IMG/VR virus record: IMGVR_UViG_3300002835_000155
Location: 3,862-67,861 of that record
DNA from: a virus
Direction: 5' to 3' (one strand)
Length of the DNA stretch: 64,000 bases
The translations under genes were made by a program, and so were the position numbers. The notes below the pieces were generated by a model, which saw only the letters and a list, made by a program, of their open reading frames with translations, was not told the DNA's origin and ran no database searches. This document shows positions 18,037 to 28,291 of the stretch, in pieces (within the stretch, counting starts at the first letter, position 1; the number at the start of each line of letters is the position of its first letter).

Positions 18037-18566
18037 TTCAGCAGCCTCGTCAACTCAGCAATAGTTCCGGGGCCATACCCCGCCGACTGGTACCGCCCAC
18101 TGCGGTCCTGATACATCAAGCCTTTCCACCCACCGTCATCACCGACCCACCGGATGATCGGATACCCGCCGCTCCAGCCGGGGTCGTCGACATACTCAAC
18201 TTCAAACCCGGCCTCAGCGAACTTACCGGCCCGGTCGTCCTGCTCAAGCTGTCTACAGGGTCTACACCCCGGGATGCTGGACACGTAGAGTTTAATCACC
18301 GATGGGGAGAGCAACGTAGGAGAGGAGGGTGGCTCCTGAGCTACATCCCCATCGGTGGGAGGATTCTGGACAAGGTCTTTGATCTGCATCAGGATCTGTG
18401 TGTTCTCCTGCAGTACAATCTTGACCTCTCCAACTTCAGTCGTGGTGGCCTTAACTGCCGACGTAACCATGTCCACGTAGGCAGGTGTCACCTCGACGGT
18501 AGGCTTAACCTCCCGGCTACATCCGACAAGGGTCATCACCAGTAGAAACAGGTATATCATTTTCAT
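18033..18566 (-). CDS. Lipoprotein with thioredoxin/glutaredoxin-like domain
   Basis: Lipobox LVG-C after a hydrophobic signal; CRPC; GYPII cis-Pro motif. Confidence 0.75.
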   Translation of the reverse strand: MKMIYLFLLVMTLVGCSREVKPTVEVTPAYVDMVTSAVKATTTEVGEVKIVLQENTQILMQIKDLVQNPPTDGDVAQEPPSSPTLLSPSVIKLYVSSIPGCRPCRQLEQDDRAGKFAEAGFEVEYVDDPGWSGGYPIIRWVGDDGGWKGLMYQDRSGRYQSAGYGPGTIAELTRLLK

Positions 18567-19402
18567 GCGGCCACCCACCATTTAACCTTCTTCTTGATAT
18601 CGTCCAGTTTCCACTCTCTCGGCTTCACGTTCGGCATCTCGGAGATGCCGATGAAGACGGAGAACTTCGCCTGTAGCATCTGGGTAATCGCGTCAGGCGA
18701 CCATTCAGCCCAACCACCATTCCCCCAGTTCTTACCCCAACTGTTCATCATCCACACGTATGGTCGACCCTGGCTGTCCTTACGTGTTGAGAGGGAGTAC
18801 AACCCTATTGCGTGACCACCACTGTTACCAAGACTGAACTTGTCGACAACCGCCCGGTCAACGCTGGAGTTCCAGGGGATACCGAGGTGAACCATGCCAA
18901 CCCCGGCACCGAGGAAAGTACGGATCGCGTCGTACGTCGTGAGGCGGATCGACTTACCGATCTTGAAGTTGCTACCAAGGGTGTCAAGTACTTCCCAGGG
19001 TTTTGGTGGTTTTGGATTGTACCTGTCGCTGTACCCCCACTCGGATTCGAACGGCATACCAAGGTTCGAAGCAACCCAGATGCCTGATTCAATCGTAGAC
19101 CCAGCGTCCCGGCCGAGGAGTCCGTCTTTCATCTGGGAACGGTAGTACCCGTATGCCCTGCTGAACTGAACATCAGTCTTACCCGTTGCGAGAACGTACA
19201 ACCACTCACAACCAGAGGTAATGCTCTGCCCCTGGCAAGATCCCATGCCGCCTTGATTCTCTACCCGGAGTAAAGCCCTCGGGTCGAGAGATACCTCCCG
19301 GTACGACCCGCACAGGGCCATAACCTCGTCCTCGCCACTCATGCCGAAGAGGACGTCAAACTTCTCAAGGTCGATTCGCCAACCGTTCAGTCTGCCGTTC
19401 AT
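18563..19402 (-). CDS. Papain-like cysteine peptidase (C1 family)
   Basis: NQGGMGSC (Gln/Cys), GGHAI (His), NSWGKNWG (Asn). Confidence 0.92.
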   Translation of the reverse strand: MNGRLNGWRIDLEKFDVLFGMSGEDEVMALCGSYREVSLDPRALLRVENQGGMGSCQGQSITSGCEWLYVLATGKTDVQFSRAYGYYRSQMKDGLLGRDAGSTIESGIWVASNLGMPFESEWGYSDRYNPKPPKPWEVLDTLGSNFKIGKSIRLTTYDAIRTFLGAGVGMVHLGIPWNSSVDRAVVDKFSLGNSGGHAIGLYSLSTRKDSQGRPYVWMMNSWGKNWGNGGWAEWSPDAITQMLQAKFSVFIGISEMPNVKPREWKLDDIKKKVKWWVAA

Positions 19403-19707
19403 TGCTCACTCCACGCTTTGGCCAAGTCAGCCTCTTGATTCTTCTCGATGGCGACAGCCACGTCGTCACCAACCTTATCGTAGGCTTTACCAAACGCGGC
19501 TCTGTCCATCTCGGCCCACGCGGTAGCCCGAGCTTCGCTGGTCGAACCGGTCATCTGGGCCAGCCGTTGTAGGTTCTCAACCTTGAGCTGCCTGTCCATC
19601 TGGTGGGCAGTAGACAGCGTGTCTGAAAAGGCAACGTCCGTGCTGCCTCCCGGAACCAGTAGAAGTGACCCACCGATGATCATTAGAATCGTTGGTAAGT
19701 ACTTCAT
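19399..19707 (-). CDS. Secreted or membrane-anchored small protein
   Basis: MKYLPTILMIIGGSLLLVP signal/anchor. Confidence 0.7.
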   Translation of the reverse strand: MKYLPTILMIIGGSLLLVPGGSTDVAFSDTLSTAHQMDRQLKVENLQRLAQMTGSTSEARATAWAEMDRAAFGKAYDKVGDDVAVAIEKNQEADLAKAWSEQ

Positions 19708-19991
19708 GTCTTCTTCTCCCCACCGAGCCGGGCGACCTCGAACCGAAGTATCTCGGCTTCAGTGAACCCTCCAGCCGCGTACGACCATCTGGTCTCAGCC
19801 GTTGCCGTTGGGCTCGCTTCTTTAACAAGCTCCATGTACGCAGCAATGCCGACCGGGGCTGGTGCGTCTGAGTCTGCATGGGTATCCGGTGGTGTAGCTG
19901 GTTTACGGAGCTTGCCGTACAGGAAAGTACCAGCCCCGGTCAGGCCACCGAGTGAGAGGAGAACTGCTCCAACGATCTGGGTCGTACTCAA
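19704..19991 (-). CDS. Single-TM protein
   Basis: IVGAVLLSLGGLTGAGTFLY followed by basic residues; start approximate. Confidence 0.65.
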   Translation of the reverse strand: MSTTQIVGAVLLSLGGLTGAGTFLYGKLRKPATPPDTHADSDAPAPVGIAAYMELVKEASPTATAETRWSYAAGGFTEAEILRFEVARLGGEKKT

Positions 19992-19992
19992 T

Positions 19993-20334
19993 TCACACCC
20001 CCGGTGCCATGAAACCAACTCGGGCGTACTCCAACACCGCGTTGACGACGTAACGGATGAGCTTTGCCTCGACGAAGTCAGGCAGGAGCTTACTCATGTT
20101 GATACGCTTGCAGAGGTCCGTCACGATGACGTCCTCATGTACCTTCAGTTCTTCAACGGTCAAGCCGTCAGCAGCACTGGCCATGAATTGTGCGACCCAA
20201 GGTGGGAGGTGGCTGTCGATCAAGACAACCAGCTTCTCGATAACTAAGCCCTCAATCGCCTCGCTGACGAACGGGATGTCTGTCGCGTCGTTCAGCTTTT
20301 TGACAATGTCGTTTACAACAGCACCTGTCAGCAT
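19993..20334 (-). CDS. Amphipathic helical protein with internal duplication
   Basis: AGGAGG RBS; KKLN..TDIPFVSEAIE is repeated as KRINMSKLLPDFVE. Confidence 0.7.
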   Translation of the reverse strand: MLTGAVVNDIVKKLNDATDIPFVSEAIEGLVIEKLVVLIDSHLPPWVAQFMASAADGLTVEELKVHEDVIVTDLCKRINMSKLLPDFVEAKLIRYVVNAVLEYARVGFMAPGV

Positions 20335-20392
20335 GACTTTCCTCCTATGCGGGGTTTTCCTGTACCGGAAAATTCTCAACTTCAAGAAAAGA

Positions 20393-23300
20393 TTACCGTA
20401 CCGCTTGTATCCTGTCAATCAGGGCTTTACGAGAATCTCTCGCTGGTTTGTCTTTGTCCGGTTTCTCATCGTCCTTCTTAGATTCCCGGTCCAACTTTTT
20501 CTGCAAGGCCAGAGCCTTCTCGATCTGTTCGAGTTGCATCGCGGTCTCGGTGTCGCCGTTGGCCAAGGCGAATTCCTTCAACTTATCAGCACCACTGACG
20601 ATCGTTAGCGGTCGAGCCCCGAGTTTAATCTGCAGAGCGTTGAGACGGTCTCGCAGGTCACGAGTAATCTGTTCGTTCTCAACCGTCTCCTCTCGGAAGC
20701 CGGTGGTGAGTCGTATGACTTTGTCCCAAGCACTCAACCGTTTATCGGTCGCGATCTTGGTCGACGACAACAGTCGTGACACCGGACTCATCGCTGCTAC
20801 TGACTCGGCAATCGGACCACCAACCGGGGTCGGCCGACCTGAAGCATCACGGCTCTGTAGTCCAAGGTTAGCTGCGATACGTCCCATCGTTGGGTCGAGG
20901 TCGTCAAGTCTTCTACCACCCATCGGCCCCTGACTGAACAGAGACGTATTGGTGCTGTACTCGATCAACCACTTCATCGCCGGATTAGACGAGCTGAGGG
21001 CGTGCTGCATCAGACCACGCAGATCACCCTGCAAGGCGTTGCCTGCGTACTTAACAGCGTCTTCGTGCATGAGACCAAGAGATGTCAGGTACTTGAGCTG
21101 ACCTTCGTCCGTCTCTCCCAGCGGAATAGCCGCAGAGTCGAGGTACTGATATGGGACGTAGTCCTCTTCACCACCCTGACCGAGACGGGTTGCCCTGATA
21201 ACCATACCAAGTTTACCACCCGGGTTAACCATCATCTCTGAGGCGAACAGTGGTAGCGTCTGTCTCATGAACGAGTAGTACGGGATGATTGACTTCATCC
21301 ACTTGTGTTCAAAGCGGGTGAAGTTCTTTGGGTTGGCATTGAGCAGTATCCTGTCAGCATCAGCCAATGCCTGCTTCATCGACTTAGTTTTCTTCAGCCG
21401 GTCGAGGATGAACGTGGTACGCACTGTCGAGTCGATCATACTTCGTAGATCGTTCATCGTGTTGACGACGGGGTTCTCCCCTACAGACCGCTGTACCTGT
21501 CGACCGAGTTCGTCCCGTGTCCACATACCCTGTACGTTGACTGCCTTCTTAGCCGCTGTCTTGGTCGCCTGAATCGGACTGGTCGCTGCGAGCTTAACCG
21601 TACCGGCTATGGTGGACGGAGCGTTCCGCAGCCGATCAACCATAGAACTGTACGACCCGCCAGCTTTGTTACGTAGCAACGCCATCGACGAGTCGGACTC
21701 GGCCAGCCGGAACGCATCGGCCGTCACGATGTCTGGGTTAGGAGACCCGTGCATGTGGTGGGCGTTGAACATGTCCTGGAATACACGTCCACGACTTTCA
21801 GCGGTAGACGGTATCCCTTTCGAGGCGAGGTACTGCTCGATGTCAGCAATACCTTCACCCGGGTCTATCGCCATACCTCTCGTGAATGACCAAGCCGCCT
21901 TGCCGTGTGTGTAGATAGCAGCGGGGTCCATGTCGCCCATGAGTACGCCCTGTGCATACGACGACATACCGTCGCGAACACCGGTTGCTGGTGACGTACT
22001 GAGCTGACCAGCTTTGGTCAGCGTATTCCAGTTCTGAGCGGCCCGAAGCGGTGTCTCAAGTTCCGGCAGTGAAGCCATCCCGGAGATTTCATTGAACGTC
22101 TTCATCTGGCTCCACGTATCAGCCGGGAGCCGGAGCGATTTGATTTCCAGAATCTGCTTGGCTAACTCATCGACATTGTCGGTTGCCTTCAAAGCCCCGT
22201 TGTCGACCAGATAGCTCCGGACCGATTCGATGAAACGCTTGTCACTGATACCTTTACCGAAGAAGCCGTCGTCAATCGCTTCTTCGAAAGTCATACCACG
22301 TTTGTTGGCCAGATCGTACTCGACCTCAACATTGCCTCGTGGACTTCGTACACCGAATGCGTTCGGGTTGGTACGTGCGTCGACCACAGCCTTGCCGACG
22401 AAGTCGCGTTGCTCTTTCAGCAAGCTCTCCATCGCCAGGTTCTTGTCAAGGTACTCCTTGTTGCTGACCGCTGCTGACTTCTCATACAAACTGTTGAACC
22501 GCCGCTCGACGTTATCAGCAACGTCGATAGCGAGGGCTCGGTGTCTGTCGACCAGACCGATAGACATGTCCTGCTTTATCTTCGCAGCTTCTCGGGCAGC
22601 GTCATCCTGGATAACGTCAGCTTTGTCAGCTACCTCGCCACGCAACTGCTCAAGACGTGTACGCTGAGCAGGCGTAAACATCATCGCTTCAAGACTGTCG
22701 TCGTCCAGGCGTAGTAACGCTTCATGAGGTGACTGTGGTTTGACGAAGTCGATACCTTCGGCCAGCTCATCAAAGGTTTTATGCCAATCCTTCAACCCAC
22801 CTTTGCGGGAGAAAGATCCAGCAGCATCCATTGCGACGATGTCCCCGTTGTCGTCCAGCTTAGGCATCCATTGGACGATCTTCTCTTTGTAGTTCCGAGT
22901 GATGCCGTTGTGGACCCCGTCGATGATCGCTTCCCTCTGCAGAAGCGGATCGTCAACCAGCATCTTGTCGAGGCTGTCCAACAGCTTCTTCTGCTGCAGT
23001 TCAACCTGGTGACGCTGAGTGGGTTTGAGCATCACCAGCTCGGACCTCATACCCCTATCGTGCTTGACGCCGATGTAGAGTTCCTTGCCTTCCTGTACGT
23101 GAGCAATAGCTGCGTCGTACTCATTGATCTTGGTAAACAACCGGCGTATGTTCGGGTCGAGGATGTTGTTCTTATCAACGAACTTCAGGTCCTCCGGCTT
23201 CATGTTCAACACACGCTCGGTGCCGTCTACCTTCGGGGTAATGCTCGTGTATGACTTCCACCAGCCCCGACCAGGTTGTACGCCAGCCACGTCGCCCTGC

Positions 23301-25210
23301 TTGACCTGTTGAGCGAACCCAGCGACAAAACCGTTGAACCTGGCCTTGAACTCGTCAACGGGTAAGTACGACTTGATCGTGGTCTTCGTATCTTCGGCGT
23401 TGAACAGCTTACGTACCAATCGCTCAGTACCGTCAGCGTTCAACCCATCAGGGACGTAGCCGAGAGGTTTGAGGGCGTCAGCCAATCCTGCCTGTGCATT
23501 TATCTCCAGCTTTGAAGCCGTACCACCTCGGGCAAGTTCACGAGCGATGTCCTGCAGAGCGTCGGGGAACCATGATGTATCGGCCATGCCCGTGGTGTCG
23601 ATACGAGCGGTACCGTCAACGACGGATACGTTTACCGAGTCCGCCATCTGGCCCCCTCGTACCACTGTGAATACACCGGGTGTCGCCGTGTTAGCGAACG
23701 CTCTGGTGTCTGTGGCATTGACGGGCTGCATCTGCTGCATCCGGGTCCACAAGTCTTCCGGAGTCATACCGATGGCTTCAGCGAATGACTCAACGTGTCG
23801 AGGGCCTACGTACCCCGGCAGGAAGTTAGGACCGTTGTTTGCACCGGTACCTGTAGCGAGGTCGTTAACTTCACGGACAGTGTTCTGCCAAACGCTGTCA
23901 CCGTACAAAGTGTTGACACCCGGGGTTCCGTCGAAGAACCCCTTGTACATCATGTCACGACCACCAGTGGCCTGCAGTGTTGACACGAGGCTGGCGTACT
24001 TGTTCCGCATCCACTTGCTGTGGGTCAAACCGCTGATGCTTTCTGCCCGAGCGAGTGACACGTTCTTACGTCTCGGTGAGAATTCAACAACGTCGATCAT
24101 GTCCCCGATGTTACCACCAAGCTCGTGGACTCTATCCTTCAGTGCGTCTCTGAAGTCCTTCATCTGCGTAGCTACATCCAGGACGTCCTGCGGGATCTCT
24201 ACCGATTGGCTCAACCACTGCTTCTTCGGGTCGAAGTCAAAGTCATTGTAGATTTTATCGTCGTTGACCAGCTTGACCTTCGTACCGGTAGAGGACCGGT
24301 CGACCCACTCGACTTCTTTGAAAGCGTTTGATCCCTCAGGTGTAACAAGGTCACCCTGTCGCAGCTTAGCTGTCGTTGGGTCGTACGTACCTTCCCAGAC
24401 ACGGAACAGTTGTTCTTCCCGGGCCTTGGTCACCAGAGGTGACGCATCGTCCAACCAGTTGGCTGGATCATTCATGTCAAGGTCTGGGTTCTTGTTGAGG
24501 TTGAACCCGCTTCGGTTGGCAGTCTCGACAAGATCAATACTCATCGTGTCAGCCAGTTGCTTCGCAGCATCTGCCGTGACGGTAGCTCGCTCCTTGATAC
24601 CCTGAGCGAACTCGTCAGTTACCCCACCGCTCGGTGCGTTGAACATAGCCTTTACGCCACGCCCTACACTTTTAGCAGCAGTCGTCAGTCTGTCCTTCGT
24701 GATCTGCCCGATCTGGGCCGGTAGCTTGTCAAACAGGTTGACAGCCCCCCGGGCCACACCTTTGACTACAGGGTGAGCCCGGTTAACCAGGCTGGCTGCA
24801 CCAGTGGCCATCTTCGTGCCCTTGGTTAACGGGCCGAAGGGGTCAAGCAACACCTCGGCACCGAACCCAGCAAGGTCGCGTAACCCCTCACCTGGATCTG
24901 ACAACCAGCCGTACATACCCGTCTCACGGTTGGACCTCATACCATACTTCTCAAGCAGTTGTCTGCCCGATGTACGGTTCCTGTCCGTGAGAGGGGAGAG
25001 CCACTGGTCGAGTGGGTTCTCGCCAGCCAGAATATCTCGAATCGACGAACCCGGTAGATCGAGGAAGTTACCTACGGACGCGACGGCTCCGAGACTAGCC
25101 CCACCCACAGCACTCAACGTGTCCATCAGGCCGGTACCACCAGACTGAGGTTGTTGAGGCTGGAGTTGGTTCTGCGGTACGAGATTGAGAAGCTGAGATA
25201 CTGTAGGCAT
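20393..25210 (-). CDS. Very large internal virion/ejection-like protein (1605 aa)
   Basis: Size, position after tail genes, helical composition and C-terminal FEHKWMKSIIPYYSFMRQTLP motif typical of podovirus-like ejection proteins. Confidence 0.7.
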   Translation of the reverse strand: MPTVSQLLNLVPQNQLQPQQPQSGGTGLMDTLSAVGGASLGAVASVGNFLDLPGSSIRDILAGENPLDQWLSPLTDRNRTSGRQLLEKYGMRSNRETGMYGWLSDPGEGLRDLAGFGAEVLLDPFGPLTKGTKMATGAASLVNRAHPVVKGVARGAVNLFDKLPAQIGQITKDRLTTAAKSVGRGVKAMFNAPSGGVTDEFAQGIKERATVTADAAKQLADTMSIDLVETANRSGFNLNKNPDLDMNDPANWLDDASPLVTKAREEQLFRVWEGTYDPTTAKLRQGDLVTPEGSNAFKEVEWVDRSSTGTKVKLVNDDKIYNDFDFDPKKQWLSQSVEIPQDVLDVATQMKDFRDALKDRVHELGGNIGDMIDVVEFSPRRKNVSLARAESISGLTHSKWMRNKYASLVSTLQATGGRDMMYKGFFDGTPGVNTLYGDSVWQNTVREVNDLATGTGANNGPNFLPGYVGPRHVESFAEAIGMTPEDLWTRMQQMQPVNATDTRAFANTATPGVFTVVRGGQMADSVNVSVVDGTARIDTTGMADTSWFPDALQDIARELARGGTASKLEINAQAGLADALKPLGYVPDGLNADGTERLVRKLFNAEDTKTTIKSYLPVDEFKARFNGFVAGFAQQVKQGDVAGVQPGRGWWKSYTSITPKVDGTERVLNMKPEDLKFVDKNNILDPNIRRLFTKINEYDAAIAHVQEGKELYIGVKHDRGMRSELVMLKPTQRHQVELQQKKLLDSLDKMLVDDPLLQREAIIDGVHNGITRNYKEKIVQWMPKLDDNGDIVAMDAAGSFSRKGGLKDWHKTFDELAEGIDFVKPQSPHEALLRLDDDSLEAMMFTPAQRTRLEQLRGEVADKADVIQDDAAREAAKIKQDMSIGLVDRHRALAIDVADNVERRFNSLYEKSAAVSNKEYLDKNLAMESLLKEQRDFVGKAVVDARTNPNAFGVRSPRGNVEVEYDLANKRGMTFEEAIDDGFFGKGISDKRFIESVRSYLVDNGALKATDNVDELAKQILEIKSLRLPADTWSQMKTFNEISGMASLPELETPLRAAQNWNTLTKAGQLSTSPATGVRDGMSSYAQGVLMGDMDPAAIYTHGKAAWSFTRGMAIDPGEGIADIEQYLASKGIPSTAESRGRVFQDMFNAHHMHGSPNPDIVTADAFRLAESDSSMALLRNKAGGSYSSMVDRLRNAPSTIAGTVKLAATSPIQATKTAAKKAVNVQGMWTRDELGRQVQRSVGENPVVNTMNDLRSMIDSTVRTTFILDRLKKTKSMKQALADADRILLNANPKNFTRFEHKWMKSIIPYYSFMRQTLPLFASEMMVNPGGKLGMVIRATRLGQGGEEDYVPYQYLDSAAIPLGETDEGQLKYLTSLGLMHEDAVKYAGNALQGDLRGLMQHALSSSNPAMKWLIEYSTNTSLFSQGPMGGRRLDDLDPTMGRIAANLGLQSRDASGRPTPVGGPIAESVAAMSPVSRLLSSTKIATDKRLSAWDKVIRLTTGFREETVENEQITRDLRDRLNALQIKLGARPLTIVSGADKLKEFALANGDTETAMQLEQIEKALALQKKLDRESKKDDEKPDKDKPARDSRKALIDRIQAVR

Positions 25211-25215
25211 TTAAC

Positions 25216-27648
25216 TCACTTCATTGGGTTTGCTGGCAATGGGTACTCGTATCCACCTGGAGATACAGTAGGGCCACCTTCCCCGGACAGGATTGCAGAC
25301 CCACCTATGAACCTATTCGTATCGGGACGGATGTTGCTCTTGAATTTCGCCCACCACTTCTGAAGGTCTTGCGGTGACGGGTTCTTCATGGTCGCAAGCT
25401 CTTTATACATCGGCCCGAAGGTTTTAGTGTGAGCTGCGTCTACCCCCGTCGCCCCGAACAAACCATTCATTTCTAAACCAAAAGGACCAAGGAGTCCCTC
25501 TGCTTCAAGCCCGGGCGACATGTCAAACGGGTCGTAACTTGGCGTACCATACCCAGCCTGCATTGCAACAGTTGCTGTGTATAACTTCTGCAGATCCTCA
25601 ACACCCAGGTCCTGGCCATCTTGAACCATCTGCTGTATGCCGAAGTGCATACCCTGGACGTTATCCGGAGAGTCGGCAAGACCCGCAAACATTGGAGACG
25701 GTGGGACCGTCGTACCGTCCGGGGCCTTGCCTCCGTTAGCCAACACATCCAGTATATCCCGAGATGCTTTGCTGCTGTCTGGTGTTACAATTCCACCCGG
25801 CATCAACTTTTCGGATACATCCGCCATCGGATTCGGTCCAGCTTGATTCTGACCACCCCTACCGGCCATCATGTCTGGGTACATCTGCCCCGCCATAGAA
25901 GTACCACCTGCTATCGGGTTGCCTGACCGACGCAGAGCCTTCTCAGCCCGTAACTGCATACGGTAGTTAGCTTCCTGCGGACTGAGCCTGCCTTCTCGGA
26001 CAGCCTTCAAGGTCAGGGAGTTGTTGCCGTTGCTGCTGCCAGTCATCCGGTCATATTGGCGGTAGTTCATCCCGCCATTAGCAGCCTTGAATGCTTCGTG
26101 CTTTGCGGCTCGTGCTGCAGCTTGTGCGTTGGCAGCAGCACGACGTTTCAGCTCAGCCTCAGGTACGTTCTGGTTGTTGCGGTCACGTAGTGCCTCACGC
26201 TCGACCTTACCGGCCGTCTGTGCCCGACGAGCCGACTCCGGTGTACCCGTGAAGTACACGACCTTACCGTCAGCCGTACGTACAGCTCGGCCCTCAGCAA
26301 TTGCTGTGGCGTCTGCGTTTAGTCCAGCCCCATACGCACCACCGAATCTACCCCCGATATTGGTTGGGTCGGCTGCAGCTCCACCACCTGCGATACGCCG
26401 GGCATTCCCTTCAGCGAGGTTGAGCTTTTCTTCAGGATCAAGCCGCATTGGATTCCGAGCGTATCCGACGTTGCCGTTGTACCCGTTTACTGTTGGAGCA
26501 GTCACCCCGTTGAGATCCTCAGGAGCAATCTTGCGGAAGTTTCGTGTCGCTTCACCAGACGACGTCGCCCCCGGCTCGAACATGATATTCCCTTGACGTG
26601 TACCACGGTCGATCTCAGCCTGCATTGCTGCAATCCGGGGATCACCACCCGGTGCCGGGTTCATAGGATTGTCTGATTGTGACCGTTGGCGTAGAGCATC
26701 AATCTTCCCGGCAAGTTCCGTCATACGGATGGACTCCATATCCATGCCCGCTGCTTGCTGCTCATAGTAGCTTGGTGCTTGACTCGCAACACTCCGAGGG
26801 ACAGGACCCCGGTCGTCAGGGGTGTACCCGCTACGGATCGGGTTTGCATCCGGGGCGTTGAGGACGTCAGCCAAGTTCGGTACGTCCCCAGACCCAGCAC
26901 CGTTCCACGAGAATCGGAAACCTGGCGTATCTTGTAAGTCGCGTATGCGTTCTGGACGTACGTTACCCATCGGTCCGTCATAGTATTCCGTAGGTGGGTT
27001 CAGAGCACCCGCAACCGTGTTGTACATTGAGGATATGCCCTGCCCGACGCTGTTGACGAACCCGCGTAGACCCGGAGACCCCTGGATCTGAGTGTTCAAA
27101 CCCGGAGCTGCGTACCCCACCTGCTGGCCGGGAGGGACCTGTGGGAGTGCGTTACGCCCCCTCTGGTAGCTCTCCATCCCGTCCTGTGCAAAGTTAAGCC
27201 CTTGGCTCGCGGCTTCCAGACCCCGTCCAACGAGTCCGGGTATTGGAGACGACCCGCCGATACCTTGGCCGTTACCACCGGGTGCTGCGTACCCCTGCTG
27301 ACTACCGTACATCGGGTTCAGCCGGTCCTGCTTGACAGCGTCCAGTGCTGCCGCAGCCCTACCCAGCACGTCCTGGTTCTGCGGGTTGAACGACCGAGGT
27401 CCACCCATGTTTTGTACCCCCCCGTTCACCAGGGGGTTACCGTTCCCGTCCCTGTCGTCCACCCCGTAGATGAAGTTGGCGTTGCCGGGATTCTGGCCCC
27501 TGTCAATCCGGTACTGCTCCTGAAATGTGTTTGGTCTCGGAGGTATGTAGTCGGGATGACTTGGATGGTAAATCATAGCATTACGTAAAGCGGGTGCCGC
27601 CGACCGCTGTGTCAGGCTTCGTCGCTTTCTGAACAAATTATCCGGCAT
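25216..27648 (-). CDS. Low-complexity G/P/Q/N/A-rich probable internal virion protein (810 aa)
   Basis: AGGAG-like RBS; no Cys; repeated QQ.GYAAPG segments; directly upstream of the 1605-aa gene. Confidence 0.65.
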   Translation of the reverse strand: MPDNLFRKRRSLTQRSAAPALRNAMIYHPSHPDYIPPRPNTFQEQYRIDRGQNPGNANFIYGVDDRDGNGNPLVNGGVQNMGGPRSFNPQNQDVLGRAAAALDAVKQDRLNPMYGSQQGYAAPGGNGQGIGGSSPIPGLVGRGLEAASQGLNFAQDGMESYQRGRNALPQVPPGQQVGYAAPGLNTQIQGSPGLRGFVNSVGQGISSMYNTVAGALNPPTEYYDGPMGNVRPERIRDLQDTPGFRFSWNGAGSGDVPNLADVLNAPDANPIRSGYTPDDRGPVPRSVASQAPSYYEQQAAGMDMESIRMTELAGKIDALRQRSQSDNPMNPAPGGDPRIAAMQAEIDRGTRQGNIMFEPGATSSGEATRNFRKIAPEDLNGVTAPTVNGYNGNVGYARNPMRLDPEEKLNLAEGNARRIAGGGAAADPTNIGGRFGGAYGAGLNADATAIAEGRAVRTADGKVVYFTGTPESARRAQTAGKVEREALRDRNNQNVPEAELKRRAAANAQAAARAAKHEAFKAANGGMNYRQYDRMTGSSNGNNSLTLKAVREGRLSPQEANYRMQLRAEKALRRSGNPIAGGTSMAGQMYPDMMAGRGGQNQAGPNPMADVSEKLMPGGIVTPDSSKASRDILDVLANGGKAPDGTTVPPSPMFAGLADSPDNVQGMHFGIQQMVQDGQDLGVEDLQKLYTATVAMQAGYGTPSYDPFDMSPGLEAEGLLGPFGLEMNGLFGATGVDAAHTKTFGPMYKELATMKNPSPQDLQKWWAKFKSNIRPDTNRFIGGSAILSGEGGPTVSPGGYEYPLPANPMK

Positions 27649-27724
27649 GATTCTCTCCGTCAGGAAAATGTTGAGCCGGGATTGTACCGGGCTTGACAAT
27701 GGGTGTCTAGTAGAAACATGGCGA

Positions 27725-27746
27725 CCCTGCCCCGATCGGGGCAGGG
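27725..27746. other. Perfect palindromic hairpin
   Basis: CCCTGCCCC-GATC-GGGGCAGGG between tail accessory genes and ejection genes. Confidence 0.6.
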
Positions 27747-27802
27747 CCTTCCCAGGCCATGTTGGAGGGTCCAGCTATTTATCCACCTGACCCTGGCCGT
27801 AA

Positions 27803-28291
27803 CTATGCTTCCTTCGTACAATGTGCATACGTGTCGTACAGTCCCTGCCTCGTTTGGATGACCTGAAACCCAACTTCCACACAGACTTCCGCGATCTGTT
27901 TACCGCTCAGGTTTTCGTAATACTCACCATCACGAAGGAGCTGTCCGTCATGGTGACTGTGGGCTGCTCGACCCGGAGCGGCACACGTCACCAAAAATAC
28001 GCCGTCCGGCTTCAACCATCGAAACGCCGCCCCGATTAACTGACGCCAGTTTGCTGCGTGCTCAAGCACTTCGCAACATACGACCATATCAACAAGACTT
28101 GGGGGTGTCCACTCCGCAGCATTGCACACAACGTCAACTGCTGGCCCCGCGTACAAATCCAGTCCGGTCCACGTCGCGTTGGGGAACAGGTGCCTGACGG
28201 TTCCGTTGATATCTCGTGACCCAATTTCGACCACAGTGATAAGCCCAGCCGTCTTGAACTCTGCAATAAAGTTTCCAGCGTCAGGGTGCAT
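27803..28291 (-). CDS. Class I SAM-dependent methyltransferase
   Basis: VVEIGS, GLDL..GP.VD, CCEVLEH, LKPDG; start MHPDAG. Confidence 0.88.
   Translation of the reverse strand: MHPDAGNFIAEFKTAGLITVVEIGSRDINGTVRHLFPNATWTGLDLYAGPAVDVVCNAAEWTPPSLVDMVVCCEVLEHAANWRQLIGAAFRWLKPDGVFLVTCAAPGRAAHSHHDGQLLRDGEYYENLSGKQIAEVCVEVGFQVIQTRQGLYDTYAHCTKEA

Noticed and set aside
27693-27720. Antisense sigma70 promoter (TTGACA at 27693)
   Set aside because: No -10 hexamer at 16-18 nt spacing.
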